A DNA stretch of 64,000 nucleotides, from positions 288,001 through 352,000 of the forward strand of contig CAVPCQ010000037.1 in assembly GCA_963702425.1 (NCBI GenBank), written 5' to 3'. Positions 16,867-26,397 of this stretch are shown one piece after another (position 1 is the stretch's first letter; each line of letters begins with the position of its first letter). The position numbers and the translations under genes are program-made. The notes under the pieces are model-generated. The model saw nothing but the letters and a program-made list of their open reading frames with translations, was not told where the DNA came from and did no database searches. The DNA is from an uncultured Acidobacteriota bacterium. GTDB lineage: Bacteria > Acidobacteriota > Polarisedimenticolia > J045.

Positions 16867-18423
16867 ATGCGAATCCCGCGCGCAGCCGCGCTGATCCTGC
16901 TCGCCGCCGCGCTCGCCGGCGCGTCCGTGACGCCCGCGCTGGCGGTCGACCCGAACCACGACGTGCCGGGAGAGATCCTGGTCGAGCTCGTGCCCGCGGC
17001 CTCGCCGCAGGCGGTCGCCCAACGCCACGGCCTCGCGTTGCTCGACGGGATCGCGGTCTGGCAGATCTGGCTGATGGGTACCCCTCCCGGCGCGGACATC
17101 CTGGCGCTCACGCAGGCGCTGGCGGCCGATCCCGACGTCGTGTCGGCGGAGACGCACCACAAGTACGAGGTCCCGGAAGGGGTCCAGCGGACGATCGCGG
17201 ACCTCGACCGCTCGATCACGCTGACCCTCTTCCGGACGCAGGCTTCGGCGACGCTGGTGCGGACCGCGGCCGCGCACGCGGTCGAGACCGGCTCCGGGGT
17301 CGTCGTCGCCGTGCTCGACACCGGCATGACGTTCGACCATCCCGAGCTCAAGCCCTGGCTGCTTGCGCCGGGCATCAACACGGTCCGGCTCGAGGGGGGC
17401 GACGCGCACGTCCGGCCGAACGGGCTCGACGACGACGGCGACGGACTGGTGGACGAGGCACTGCACCACGGGAACTTCGTCGCCGGACTGGTCCACCTGG
17501 CGGCCCCGCACGCGCGGATCCTGCCGATCCGCGTGCTCGACGAAGAGGGATACGGCACCGGCTTCTCGCTCGCCAAGGGGATCCTCGAAGCGATCCACGG
17601 CGGAGCGCGGGTGATCAACCTCTCGCTGACGCTCGAGCAGGCGTCCGGGATCGCGGCCAAGGCGCTGCGCGAGGCGCACGACGCCGGGATCGCGATCGTC
17701 GGCGCGGCCGGCAATCGCGACCTGCCCAGCGTCGACTTCCCGGCCGCGCACGACAAGGTGATCGCGGTCGCCGCTGTGGACAACGCGAGGATCCGCACGC
17801 CGTACAGCAACTACAGCTCGAAGGTCGACCTGTCGGCCCCGGGCGACACCGAGATCTCGGTCGCCGACAACGAGACGTTCGGTCGCTGGTCGGGGACGTC
17901 GTTCGCGGCGCCGCTGGTGAGCGGCGGGGCCGCGCTGCTGCTCGAGCGCTACCCCGGGCTGAGCCCCGACCAGGTGCGGTCGACGCTGCGGGACACCACC
18001 CAGCCCGACGCCAACTCGGGGCCGTTCGACGGCAAGATGGGGACCGGCGTGCTCGATCTCGACGCGCTGGCGCACGTCGTCCTCTCCGACCGGACCAGCC
18101 TCAAGGTCCGGCGCGAGCCGCCGGGAAGCGTCGTGTCCTGGAGCCCGGTGCTCGGTGCGAGCGGCTACGACCTCGTCCGCGGCGACGTCGGGCAGATCCG
18201 CGCGACGTGGAACGCTGTCAACCTGGGGCCGGTCACATGCCTCGCCGACTCGGTGGCCGCGACCGACACCGCCCTCTTCCCGGAGGCCGAACCGCCGGCG
18301 CCAGGGACGGCGTTCTTCTACCTCTTCCGCGACAACGCGAGCGTGTCCGACCCGAGGTCCTACGGGGCGGACAGCGCGGGCCGCAACCGAACGGCCAGCA
18401 GTGGCGACTGCGCCGCGCGGTAG
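16867..18423 (+). CDS. Secreted S8 (subtilisin-like) serine peptidase with C-terminal accessory domain
   Basis: Signal peptide MRIPRAAALILLAAALAGASVTPALA; triad VAVLDTG / HHGNFVAG / SGTSFAAP; oxyanion AAGN; Ca-binding-like NGLDDDGDGLVDE. Confidence 0.93.
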   Translation: MRIPRAAALILLAAALAGASVTPALAVDPNHDVPGEILVELVPAASPQAVAQRHGLALLDGIAVWQIWLMGTPPGADILALTQALAADPDVVSAETHHKYEVPEGVQRTIADLDRSITLTLFRTQASATLVRTAAAHAVETGSGVVVAVLDTGMTFDHPELKPWLLAPGINTVRLEGGDAHVRPNGLDDDGDGLVDEALHHGNFVAGLVHLAAPHARILPIRVLDEEGYGTGFSLAKGILEAIHGGARVINLSLTLEQASGIAAKALREAHDAGIAIVGAAGNRDLPSVDFPAAHDKVIAVAAVDNARIRTPYSNYSSKVDLSAPGDTEISVADNETFGRWSGTSFAAPLVSGGAALLLERYPGLSPDQVRSTLRDTTQPDANSGPFDGKMGTGVLDLDALAHVVLSDRTSLKVRREPPGSVVSWSPVLGASGYDLVRGDVGQIRATWNAVNLGPVTCLADSVAATDTALFPEAEPPAPGTAFFYLFRDNASVSDPRSYGADSAGRNRTASSGDCAAR

Positions 18424-20185
18424 CGGCACGGCGTTCGCCGAGCCACCGGTCCTGCTGCTGGCGTTGCTGCTCGTCGCCGCCGCGTGCGGCGGAGCGGAGC
18501 CGGACCGCGCGGCCGCCTCCGGTGCGGTCGGCGGGGACTCGGCGGCGGAGCGGCCGCAGCGCGGCGGGACGCTCGTCGTCGCGCTGCGAGGCGACGTCGA
18601 CTCCTGGAACCCGTACACGGTCGGCCAGGCGGCCGCGGCCAACGTGCTGGAGCTGCTCTACCCGCGCCTCGTCCACGAGCGCTTCGGCGCCGGCGAGGAA
18701 GGGCTCGTGCCGTGGGTCGCGCGCTCCTGGTCGTTCGCTCCCGACCGCCGCACGCTGACCTTCGCAATCGACCCCGCGGCGCGCTGGAGCGACGGCCGGC
18801 CGGTCGGCTGCGAGGACGTGGCCTTCACGCTGGCGATCCAGCGCGACGACGCCCTGGCCTGGGACGGGGCGTTTCTCAAGCAGGCGATCGAAGCGGTCGA
18901 ATGCCCCGACCCGAAGACCGCCGTGGTCCGCTTCGCCCGGCCGTCGGTCTACCAGCTGCTCGATGCCAACGACGACGCGCTGGTGCCGCTCGCCTACCGC
19001 GACGTGCCGCCGGCCCGCTGGGCCGAGACCCGCTGGGAGACCCGACCCGTCACCGCCGGGCCGTTCCGCCTCGAAGCGGTCAAGCCGGGGCAGGAGGCCG
19101 TGCTCGCGCGCGACCCCAGCTTCTGGGTGCCGGGGAGGCCCTACCTCGACCGCGTGGTCTTCCGCGTCTACCCCGACGCGACGGCCGCGCTGGCGGCGTT
19201 CGAGGCCGGCGAGGTCGACGTCCTCGACAAGGTTCCGCCGCTGCGTGCTGCCGCTCTCGCGGCGCAGTCCGGCCGCACCGTCATCGACGCGCCGTCCCTG
19301 GCCTACACCTTCGTCGCCTGGAACGCGCTGGAGCCCGCGGCCTACGCCGCCGATCGCGCGGCGCGCGGCTGCGACGAGAAGCGGGACTGCGCCGAGTCGG
19401 CTGACGAGATCCGGCGCCTGCAGCGCACCCGGCCCCACCCGGCGCTGGCCGACGCGCGCGTGCGCCGGGCGCTGACGCTCGCCACCGATCGCGAGGACAT
19501 CGTGCGCGGCGTCCTCGGCGGTCATGGCCGGGTCGGCGTCAGTCCGGTCGTGTCGGCACTGGTGCCGGCCTTCGACGCCTCGGCCGGCCTGCCGTTCGAC
19601 CCGCCGCTCGCCGCACGCCTGCTCGACGAGGCCGGCTGGGTCGACGCCGACCGCGACGGCGTACGCGAGAAGGGCGGGCGGCGGCTGGAGCTGACCGTCA
19701 TCGCCGATGCCGAGAACGGCGCGCGGCGCGACGCCCTCGATCGGATGGCGTCGAGCCTGGCGCGCGTCGGCGTGAAGCTCGTGCCCGAGCCGCTGCCTCG
19801 CGCCGACTTCCTCGCGCGGGCGCGCGACAAGCGGTTCGACGGGGTGATCTCGGGCTGGCGGGCGGGGACGCGGGTCGAGCCGCAGGGGATCCTGCACACC
19901 GACGCCGCGGCCGGGCGCGGCAACAACCTCGGCGCCTGGTCGACGCCGGCCTCGGATGCGCTGCTCGACCGCGCCGCCGCCGCACCGTCGCCCGCCCTGG
20001 CGCTCCCGCTGTGGCGGGAATGGCAGGCGATCTTCCGCGACGAGCAGCCCTACACGATGCTCTACGAGGAGCGCACGCTGGTCGGGCTGTCGTCGCGCGT
20101 GCACGGCGCGACCCCGTCGCCGCTCAATCCCTACGACGGCCTCGAGAACTGGTGGCTCGCGCCGGCCGCGGAGCCCTCCCGCTGA
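18401..20185 (+). CDS. Peptide/nickel ABC transporter substrate-binding lipoprotein (family 5)
   Basis: Lipobox VAAAC; PQRGGTLVV, ARWSDGRPV..EDVAFT, AGPFRL, PYLDRVVFR, DARVRRAL, LLDEAGW; GTG start overlaps the S8 3' end. Confidence 0.88.
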   Translation: MATAPRGSGTAFAEPPVLLLALLLVAAACGGAEPDRAAASGAVGGDSAAERPQRGGTLVVALRGDVDSWNPYTVGQAAAANVLELLYPRLVHERFGAGEEGLVPWVARSWSFAPDRRTLTFAIDPAARWSDGRPVGCEDVAFTLAIQRDDALAWDGAFLKQAIEAVECPDPKTAVVRFARPSVYQLLDANDDALVPLAYRDVPPARWAETRWETRPVTAGPFRLEAVKPGQEAVLARDPSFWVPGRPYLDRVVFRVYPDATAALAAFEAGEVDVLDKVPPLRAAALAAQSGRTVIDAPSLAYTFVAWNALEPAAYAADRAARGCDEKRDCAESADEIRRLQRTRPHPALADARVRRALTLATDREDIVRGVLGGHGRVGVSPVVSALVPAFDASAGLPFDPPLAARLLDEAGWVDADRDGVREKGGRRLELTVIADAENGARRDALDRMASSLARVGVKLVPEPLPRADFLARARDKRFDGVISGWRAGTRVEPQGILHTDAAAGRGNNLGAWSTPASDALLDRAAAAPSPALALPLWREWQAIFRDEQPYTMLYEERTLVGLSSRVHGATPSPLNPYDGLENWWLAPAAEPSR

Positions 20186-21129
20186 GCGGGCGCGCCGTCG
20201 CGCGGCGGCTCCTCCGCGCGGCGGCGACCCTCTTCGTCGTCTTCGGGTTGACCTTCCTGCTGCTCCATCTGCGCTCCGCCGACCCGGCCGAGCGTCTCGA
20301 CGATCCCTCCGTGCCGGCCGAGCAGGCGGCGCGCACCCGCGCCGCGCTGGGCCTCGACCGCCCGCTGCCGGAGCAGTTCTTCGCGACGCTCGGCGCCTAC
20401 GCGCGCGGCGAGTTCGGGATCTCGATCCTGCACCGGCGGCCGGTGGCCGAGGTGCTGTCCGAGGCCCTGCCCGGATCGGTCCTGCTCGGGCTGGCGGCGC
20501 TGATCCTCGCCTATTCCCTGGGTCCGCTCACGGCGACCGGGATCGCGCTCCTTCCGCCGCGCCGGCGCCGGTTCGCCGACGAGCTGCTGCTGGCGATCGC
20601 GACCCTGCCGCGCTTCTGGCTCGGTGTGATGCTGGTCCTGGTCTTCCACGCCTGGCTCGGCTGGCTGCCGGCGTCGCACGCCGCCGGCCCCGCGGCGGCG
20701 GAGCGATTCGATCTGGCGCACCTGGTGCTGCCGGCGTTGACGCTCGCGCTGCCGGCGACGGCGATCGTGGCGCGGGTGCAGGCGGCCGCGATGGACGACC
20801 CCGACGCGGCACCGCGCCTCGCACTGGCGCGTGCCGCGGGGGTTCCCGCGCCGCGCGTCCTGTGGCGGCACCGCGTGCGGCCGGCGCTGGCACCCGTCGC
20901 GGCGCTGGCGGCCCTCGACCTGCCGCTGGTCGTGTCCGGCGCGGTCGTCGTCGAATCGGTCTTCGCTTGGCCGGGCGTCGGTCGGGTCGCGGCCGACGCC
21001 ACGCTGGGCGGCGACTACCCGCTCGCGCTGGCCGCCACGATGCTCGCCGCCGCGACGGTGGTGGTGGGTGGCGTGCTGCTCGACCTGGCGCTGGCGGGAC
21101 TCGATCCGCGGCACCGGGAGCGCGCGTGA
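20182..21129 (+). CDS. Peptide ABC transporter permease (DppB/OppB-like); probable CTG start
   Basis: LGLDRPLPEQF, FWLGVML, HLVLPALTL, ARAAGV, GAVVVESVFAWPGVG, DYPL, LDPR. Confidence 0.88.
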   Translation: MSGRAVARRLLRAAATLFVVFGLTFLLLHLRSADPAERLDDPSVPAEQAARTRAALGLDRPLPEQFFATLGAYARGEFGISILHRRPVAEVLSEALPGSVLLGLAALILAYSLGPLTATGIALLPPRRRRFADELLLAIATLPRFWLGVMLVLVFHAWLGWLPASHAAGPAAAERFDLAHLVLPALTLALPATAIVARVQAAAMDDPDAAPRLALARAAGVPAPRVLWRHRVRPALAPVAALAALDLPLVVSGAVVVESVFAWPGVGRVAADATLGGDYPLALAATMLAAATVVVGGVLLDLALAGLDPRHRERA

Positions 21130-22076
21130 CCCGCCGGCCGCTGCGGCCCGGCCTGCTCGGGGCCTTCGCGCTCGTCACGCTCGCGCTGGCCGGGCCGTGG
21201 CTGAGCGGCTCGCCCGATCCCCCGGCGATCGCTTCGGCGGCGGCGCAGCTCCTGCCTCCGCTCGCGGTCGTCGACGAGATCGCGCTGGCGGGGGGCGGCT
21301 TCGCGCGCGCCCGGCACCTCACGCCCGCCGCGGGCGGGCTGCGCGTCGAACTCGGCGTCGGCGAGTGGCGCGACTACCCTGAACAGGCGACGGGCCCGCC
21401 GCGCCGGCATCGCCTGCTGCTCGGCACCGACCAGCAGGGGCGCGACCTCCTGGCGCGGACGCTCCACGCGGCCCGGCACTCGCTCGCGCTGGCGCTGCTC
21501 TCCGCCGCGCTCGCCGTCGTGTTGGGGACCGCGGTCGGCCTCGGCCGTGCCGCCGGCGGGCGCGGGGTGGCCCTCGCCCTGGGTGGACTGCTCGACGGCG
21601 CACTGGGTCTGCCGCGGCTGCTGCTGCTGCTGGCGCTCGCTGCCGCGCTCTCGCGCGTTCCGTTCGGACTCGCGCTGGCGCTCGCGCTCGCCGGCTGGAT
21701 GGAGACCGCACGCGCGGTCGAGGCCGGGGCCACGGCCCTCTTGGCGCGTCCGTTCACCGCCGCGGCGTCGGCGGCCGGGGCCTCCCGCGCCCGGATCGCG
21801 GCGCGCCACCTGCTGCCCGGCGTGTTGCCGGTGCTGGCGGTCATGCTGCCGCTGGCCGCGACGGAGGTGATCCTGCTCGAGGCGACGCTCTCGTTTCTCG
21901 GTGCCACCGGTCGCGCCGGGGCCCTCTCGTGGGGCCGGATCATCGCGGAGGGGCGAGCCCTCTTTCCGGGCGGCTGGTGGGTGGCCGCCTTTCCCGGGCT
22001 GCTGCTGGCCGCCACCGCAATCGTCCTGAGCCGCCTCTCGCAGGGGCTGGAGCGGAAGGACCGATCCGTATCCTGA
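21126..22076 (+). CDS. Peptide ABC transporter permease (DppC/OppC-like)
   Basis: LLGTDQQGRDLLAR, RHLLP, EATLSFLG, SWGRII, WWVAAFPG; GTGA overlap with the previous gene. Confidence 0.88.
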   Translation: MTRRPLRPGLLGAFALVTLALAGPWLSGSPDPPAIASAAAQLLPPLAVVDEIALAGGGFARARHLTPAAGGLRVELGVGEWRDYPEQATGPPRRHRLLLGTDQQGRDLLARTLHAARHSLALALLSAALAVVLGTAVGLGRAAGGRGVALALGGLLDGALGLPRLLLLLALAAALSRVPFGLALALALAGWMETARAVEAGATALLARPFTAAASAAGASRARIAARHLLPGVLPVLAVMLPLAATEVILLEATLSFLGATGRAGALSWGRIIAEGRALFPGGWWVAAFPGLLLAATAIVLSRLSQGLERKDRSVS

Positions 22077-22199
22077 TCTTCCGCGGCGGAGTGCAGGATC
22101 AAGCGCGGGACATCGGGACGCGGGAAGTCCCGTGGGGCGGCGGCGACGGGTTCGAGATCGACGGCGCGGTGCCGGCGCTGACCGGCCGCGGGGGGAGGA

Positions 22200-23465
22200 T
22201 CAGGTGACGGGCGGGGCCTCGGCCCCGCCCGCTCTCAGGTCCGGTGCCGGGATCTCCCAGCCGCGCGCCCAGAGCCCGAAGGCGACGGCCGCGCCCAGCA
22301 CCGCAAGCGAGCAGGCGGAGAGGGTCGGCGGCAGCGGGACCCAGCGCGTGGCGAGGCCGATCGCGAGGCTCCCGAGCGGCATCAGCCCGGCGAAGCCGAC
22401 CGTGTAGAGGCTCATCAGCCGGCCGCGCAGGCCGTCCGGGACGAGCGCCTGCAGCAGCGTGTTGGCCGCGGCCATCTGGACCATTGCGCCGTAGCCCGCC
22501 GCGGCGACCGCCGCGCACGAGAGCGGGAACGAGCGCGACCGGCTGAAGACCAGCACGGCCGCGCCGAAGACCAGCGCGTGGCGGAAGACGACGCCGTCCA
22601 GGCCGCGGATCCCGCGGCGCCAGGCGAGCGAGAGCGCGCCGACGATCGCCCCGCCGCCGACCGAGGCCATCAACAGACCCAGACCTTCGGGCCCCCGTCC
22701 GAGCACGCCGCCGGCGAAGGCCGGCAGGAACGACAGATACGACATCCCGAAGACGCTCGTCACCGCGACCAGCGCCATCAACGCGCGGACGTGCGGCGTG
22801 CCGCGGGCGTAAGCGAGCCCCTCGACGAATCCCTCCCAGGCCCCGCCGCGCGGCGCCGGCGCGGCGCGGCCCGGGAAGCGCATCGCGAGCAGGCTGCCGA
22901 TCACGGCGAGATACGAGACGGCGTTGACCGCGAAGCAGATCCCCTCGCCCCAATGCGCGACGATCGCACCGGCCAGCGAGGGCCCGACGATCCGTGCGCC
23001 GTTGAAGATCGTCGAGTTCAGGGCGATCGCGTTGCCCAGGTCCTCACGCTCGACCATCTCGCTCAGGAACGACTGCCGGCCGGGAAAGTCGAAGGCGTTG
23101 ACGATCCCCAGCAGCGTGGCCAGCGCGAGCACCTGCCAGACCTCGATCCGGCCGGAGAGCGTCAGCGCCGCGAGCGTCGCCGACTGGACCAGAGCCACGA
23201 CCTGCGTCACGAGCACGATCCGACGCCGGTCGAAGCGGTCGGCGGCCACCCCGCCGACGAAACCCAGCAGCAGCACCGGCGCCAGCTGCGCGAAGCTGAC
23301 CAGCCCCAGCAGGACCGTCGAGTGCGTCAGCCGCCAGACCAGCCAGCCCTGCGCCAGCCCCTGCATCCACGAGCCGGTCAGCGAGACGAGCTGGCCGAAG
23401 AAGAAGAGCCGGAAGTTGCGGTGGCGCAGCGCGCGCAGGGTCCGGCTGAGAACGGCAGATGGCAT
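22200..23465 (-). CDS. MFS transporter (DHA3/macrolide-efflux-like)
   Basis: ALRHRNFRLFFFGQLVSLTGSWMQ, ADRFDRRR, NAIALNS..FNGARIVGP, LRGRLMS. Confidence 0.9.
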   Translation of the reverse strand: MPSAVLSRTLRALRHRNFRLFFFGQLVSLTGSWMQGLAQGWLVWRLTHSTVLLGLVSFAQLAPVLLLGFVGGVAADRFDRRRIVLVTQVVALVQSATLAALTLSGRIEVWQVLALATLLGIVNAFDFPGRQSFLSEMVEREDLGNAIALNSTIFNGARIVGPSLAGAIVAHWGEGICFAVNAVSYLAVIGSLLAMRFPGRAAPAPRGGAWEGFVEGLAYARGTPHVRALMALVAVTSVFGMSYLSFLPAFAGGVLGRGPEGLGLLMASVGGGAIVGALSLAWRRGIRGLDGVVFRHALVFGAAVLVFSRSRSFPLSCAAVAAAGYGAMVQMAAANTLLQALVPDGLRGRLMSLYTVGFAGLMPLGSLAIGLATRWVPLPPTLSACSLAVLGAAVAFGLWARGWEIPAPDLRAGGAEAPPVT

Positions 23466-23519
23466 CGAGCGGCCATTCTAGCCGTGATGGTCGAGCCCGG
23501 CCTTCACGGTCGTTCCGCG

Positions 23520-24371
23520 CTAGGCGTAGCGCGCGATCACCTCTTCGAAGCGCACCTGCACGTCGCTGCACAGCGCCGTGAAGCCGCCAGCCGACAGGCC
23601 GAGGCGGCGCGCGGCGTGCTCCTGCAGGTAGGGCCGGCCGATCGCCGACGCATCCGCCCCGGCAAGCGCTCCGTGGGCCGCGGCGTTGGCAGCGTGGACG
23701 GCGTCGCAGATCGAGGCCCGTCCCTCGTCCGGAGCGTGATGGAAGCAGACCCCGCGCACGATCGGTTCGGGCAGGTTCCAGTGCTGCGCGACGAGGGCGG
23801 CCAGCTCGGCGTGGTGGACGGAGACCAGCTCGACTTCGGCTGCGAGGGCTGCCTGCTGCCCCTGCTCGCGGGCCCGCCTCAGGAACATCAGGGAGTCAGC
23901 AGTCAGCAGGCGCGACAGCAGGAGCTTGCCGAAGTCGTGGAGCAGCGCTGCGGTGTAGGCCTCGACCGGGATCGCAACCCGGCAGTGCAGCGGCAGGCAC
24001 TCGGCCGCCAGTGCGGCCGCGACCGAGTGGCGCCAGAGCTCCCCCTCCGAAAGCCCGTAGGCGGGGAGCGCGCGCAGCATCCGGTCGCGCACCGCCGAGC
24101 CCATCGCGAGGGCGACGACCTGCGCCATCCCCAGCCGCACCACCGCCTGCTGCACATCGGACACGGTGCTCGAGCGCGAGAAGGCGGCGGAGTTCGCGAC
24201 GCGGAGCAGGCGCGAGGTCAGGACCTGGTCGAAGCCGATCGCGTCGAGCACCTCGCGCATCGACCACTGGTCCCGTGCGGCGAGCGACATCAGGCGCACG
24301 GCGCTGTCGGAGAGGGGAGCGAGGTCGCTCGCGTCGGCGATCAGCGCGTCGAGGTCGATCAGGGTCGGCAT
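23520..24371 (-). CDS. Stand-alone HDOD domain protein
   Basis: DQVLTSRLLRVANSA, VQQAVVRLG, LWRHS, LLHDFGKL, HAELAA..WNLPE..FHH. Confidence 0.9.
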   Translation of the reverse strand: MPTLIDLDALIADASDLAPLSDSAVRLMSLAARDQWSMREVLDAIGFDQVLTSRLLRVANSAAFSRSSTVSDVQQAVVRLGMAQVVALAMGSAVRDRMLRALPAYGLSEGELWRHSVAAALAAECLPLHCRVAIPVEAYTAALLHDFGKLLLSRLLTADSLMFLRRAREQGQQAALAAEVELVSVHHAELAALVAQHWNLPEPIVRGVCFHHAPDEGRASICDAVHAANAAAHGALAGADASAIGRPYLQEHAARRLGLSAGGFTALCSDVQVRFEEVIARYA

Positions 24372-24581
24372 GCGGTCCTCCGGCCGCCCGGCGCTCGACC
24401 GGGCGAGCCATCCCTCGCGGCGGCGGCCGCGGCGGGGCGGTGCTTCCCGGCCGGTGCGCGCCGGCCGGGCCCTTCCGCAAAGATAGGTCCCGTGGCCGAG
24501 GGGGGGTACGGGCGGCTATCCTCCGCTTTCGGCGCGGGCACCCCCCCTCGTTCCGGCCTGGCTCGCGCTCCCGGAGACCCG

Positions 24582-26369
24582 ATGGCACGCCTCGACCCCC
24601 ACTCCTGCTTCGACGACGCCCAGCCGCTGACCCGCTCGATCCAGTGGGCGGCGACGGTCGACTTCGGCGCGAAGCGCCTCACCGGCACGGCGACCCTCCG
24701 GCTGGCGGCGCCCGCGACGGCGGGCCCGCTCGACCTCGACGCGAAAGGGCTCGTCATCCGCCGCGTCCGGTCGGGCGACGGCCGGGAGATCGCGTGGGAA
24801 CTCGGGCCGGAGGATCCGATCCAGGGCCGGCGCCTGCGCCTGGCGCTGCCGGCCGGGACCGAGCGCGTCGTCGTCGACTACGAGGCCGCCCCGGACGCCG
24901 TGGCGCTGCAGTGGCTCGAGCCGCAGCAGACGGCGGGAAAGCGGCACCCGTTCCTCTTCAGCCAGTGCCAGGCGATCCACGCCCGCACGATTCTCCCCTG
25001 CCAGGACAGCCCGCGCGTCCGGGTCAGCTACACCGCGGATGTGACGGTGCCGGAGCCGCTGGTCGCGGTCATGTCGGCCGGCTCCACCGGGTCGCGACCG
25101 GGGCCGGCGCCCGGCACCCGGACCTTCACCTTCGAGATGCCGCAGCCGATCCCCTCGTACCTGCTGGCGCTGGCGGTCGGGAACCTCGCGGCGCAGGAGG
25201 TCCACCCGCGCTGCTGCGTCTGGGCCGAACCGGAGGTGGTCGAGGCCGCGGCCCACGAGTTCGCCGAGGTCGGCACGATGCTCGAACGGGCCGAGGCGCT
25301 GTTCGGCCCCTACGCGTGGGACCGCTACGACATGCTCGTCCTGCCGCCCTCGTTCCCGTACGGCGGGATGGAGAACCCGCGCCTGACCTTCCTGACGCCG
25401 ACGCTGCTGGCCGGCGACCGCTCGCTGGTCGACGTCGTGACGCACGAGCTGGCCCACTCCTGGACCGGCAACCTGGTCACCAATGCGACGATGGACCACT
25501 TCTGGCTCAACGAGGGGTTCACCGTCTGGGCCGAGCGCCGGATCCTCGAGGCGCTGCACGGCGAGGACGCGGCCGCGGTGGCCTGGGCGATCGGGCAGAA
25601 GGGGATGGAGGGAGCCTTCGCACGCTTCGGGATGGACTCGCCATTCACGCGCCTGCGGACCGACCTGACCGGCGTCGACCCCGACGACGCCTACTCGCAG
25701 ATTCCGTACGAGAAGGGGGCGCGCTTCGTCGTGCTGCTCGAGCGCCACGCCGGGCGCGAGCGGTTCGAGCGCTTCATCCGGCAGTACATCGAGCGCTTCC
25801 GCTTCCAGTCGATCACGACCGAGGAGTTTCTTCAGTTCCTCGAGCAGGAATTGCCGGGCGCGGCGGCGGCGGTCGGGGCGCAGGAGTGGCTCTACGAGAC
25901 GGGGCTGCCGAAGAACGCGCCAGCCTTCCATTCGGCGACGCTCGAGCGGCTCGAATCGGCGGCGGCCGGGTGGAGCAAGGGGGTCCGTCCCGACGCGTCC
26001 CACGCCGCGCGCTGGCCGGCCGCGCACCTGCTGGTCTACCTGCAGAACCTGCCGCGGCCGCTGCCCGCCGCGGACTGCGCGACGCTCGACGGCGCCCTGG
26101 CGCTGACCGGTCGCGGCAACTACGAGATCCTGGTCGAGTGGCTGGCGATCGCGACCGCGTCGGACTACGAGCCGGTCTTCCCGCGCGTGCGCGAGGTGCT
26201 GACGACCGTCGGCCGGATGAAGTACCTGCGGCCGCTGTACGGCGCGCTCGGCACGAGCGTGCGCACGCGGGCGCTGGGACGGGCGATCTTCGAGGAGGCG
26301 AAGGACGGGTACCACCCGCTCTCGCGGCGGGTGGTCGAGTCGGTCATGGAGTCGTGGCCGGCCGACTGA
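24582..26369 (+). CDS. M1 family aminopeptidase, leukotriene-A4-hydrolase-like
   Basis: DPHS N-terminus, FSQCQAIHAR, PYGGMENP, HELAHSW-x-NEG (HExxH-18-E), PYEKG, VGRMKYLRPLY. Confidence 0.93.
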   Translation: MARLDPHSCFDDAQPLTRSIQWAATVDFGAKRLTGTATLRLAAPATAGPLDLDAKGLVIRRVRSGDGREIAWELGPEDPIQGRRLRLALPAGTERVVVDYEAAPDAVALQWLEPQQTAGKRHPFLFSQCQAIHARTILPCQDSPRVRVSYTADVTVPEPLVAVMSAGSTGSRPGPAPGTRTFTFEMPQPIPSYLLALAVGNLAAQEVHPRCCVWAEPEVVEAAAHEFAEVGTMLERAEALFGPYAWDRYDMLVLPPSFPYGGMENPRLTFLTPTLLAGDRSLVDVVTHELAHSWTGNLVTNATMDHFWLNEGFTVWAERRILEALHGEDAAAVAWAIGQKGMEGAFARFGMDSPFTRLRTDLTGVDPDDAYSQIPYEKGARFVVLLERHAGRERFERFIRQYIERFRFQSITTEEFLQFLEQELPGAAAAVGAQEWLYETGLPKNAPAFHSATLERLESAAAGWSKGVRPDASHAARWPAAHLLVYLQNLPRPLPAADCATLDGALALTGRGNYEILVEWLAIATASDYEPVFPRVREVLTTVGRMKYLRPLYGALGTSVRTRALGRAIFEEAKDGYHPLSRRVVESVMESWPAD

Positions 26370-26397
26370 GGACACAGAAAGGGAGGAGGGAAGCCCG

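Noticed and set aside
13684-18423. 1579-aa TPR-subtilase fusion ORF
   Set aside because: The middle ~330 codons are the CHAT domain read out of frame (Arg/Gly/Pro-rich nonsense), and the S8 has its own ATG and signal peptide at 16867.
22578-26369. 1263-aa aminopeptidase with a long N-terminal extension
   Set aside because: The extension is antisense to the MFS and HDOD genes; the real start is ATG 24582 with a GGAG RBS.
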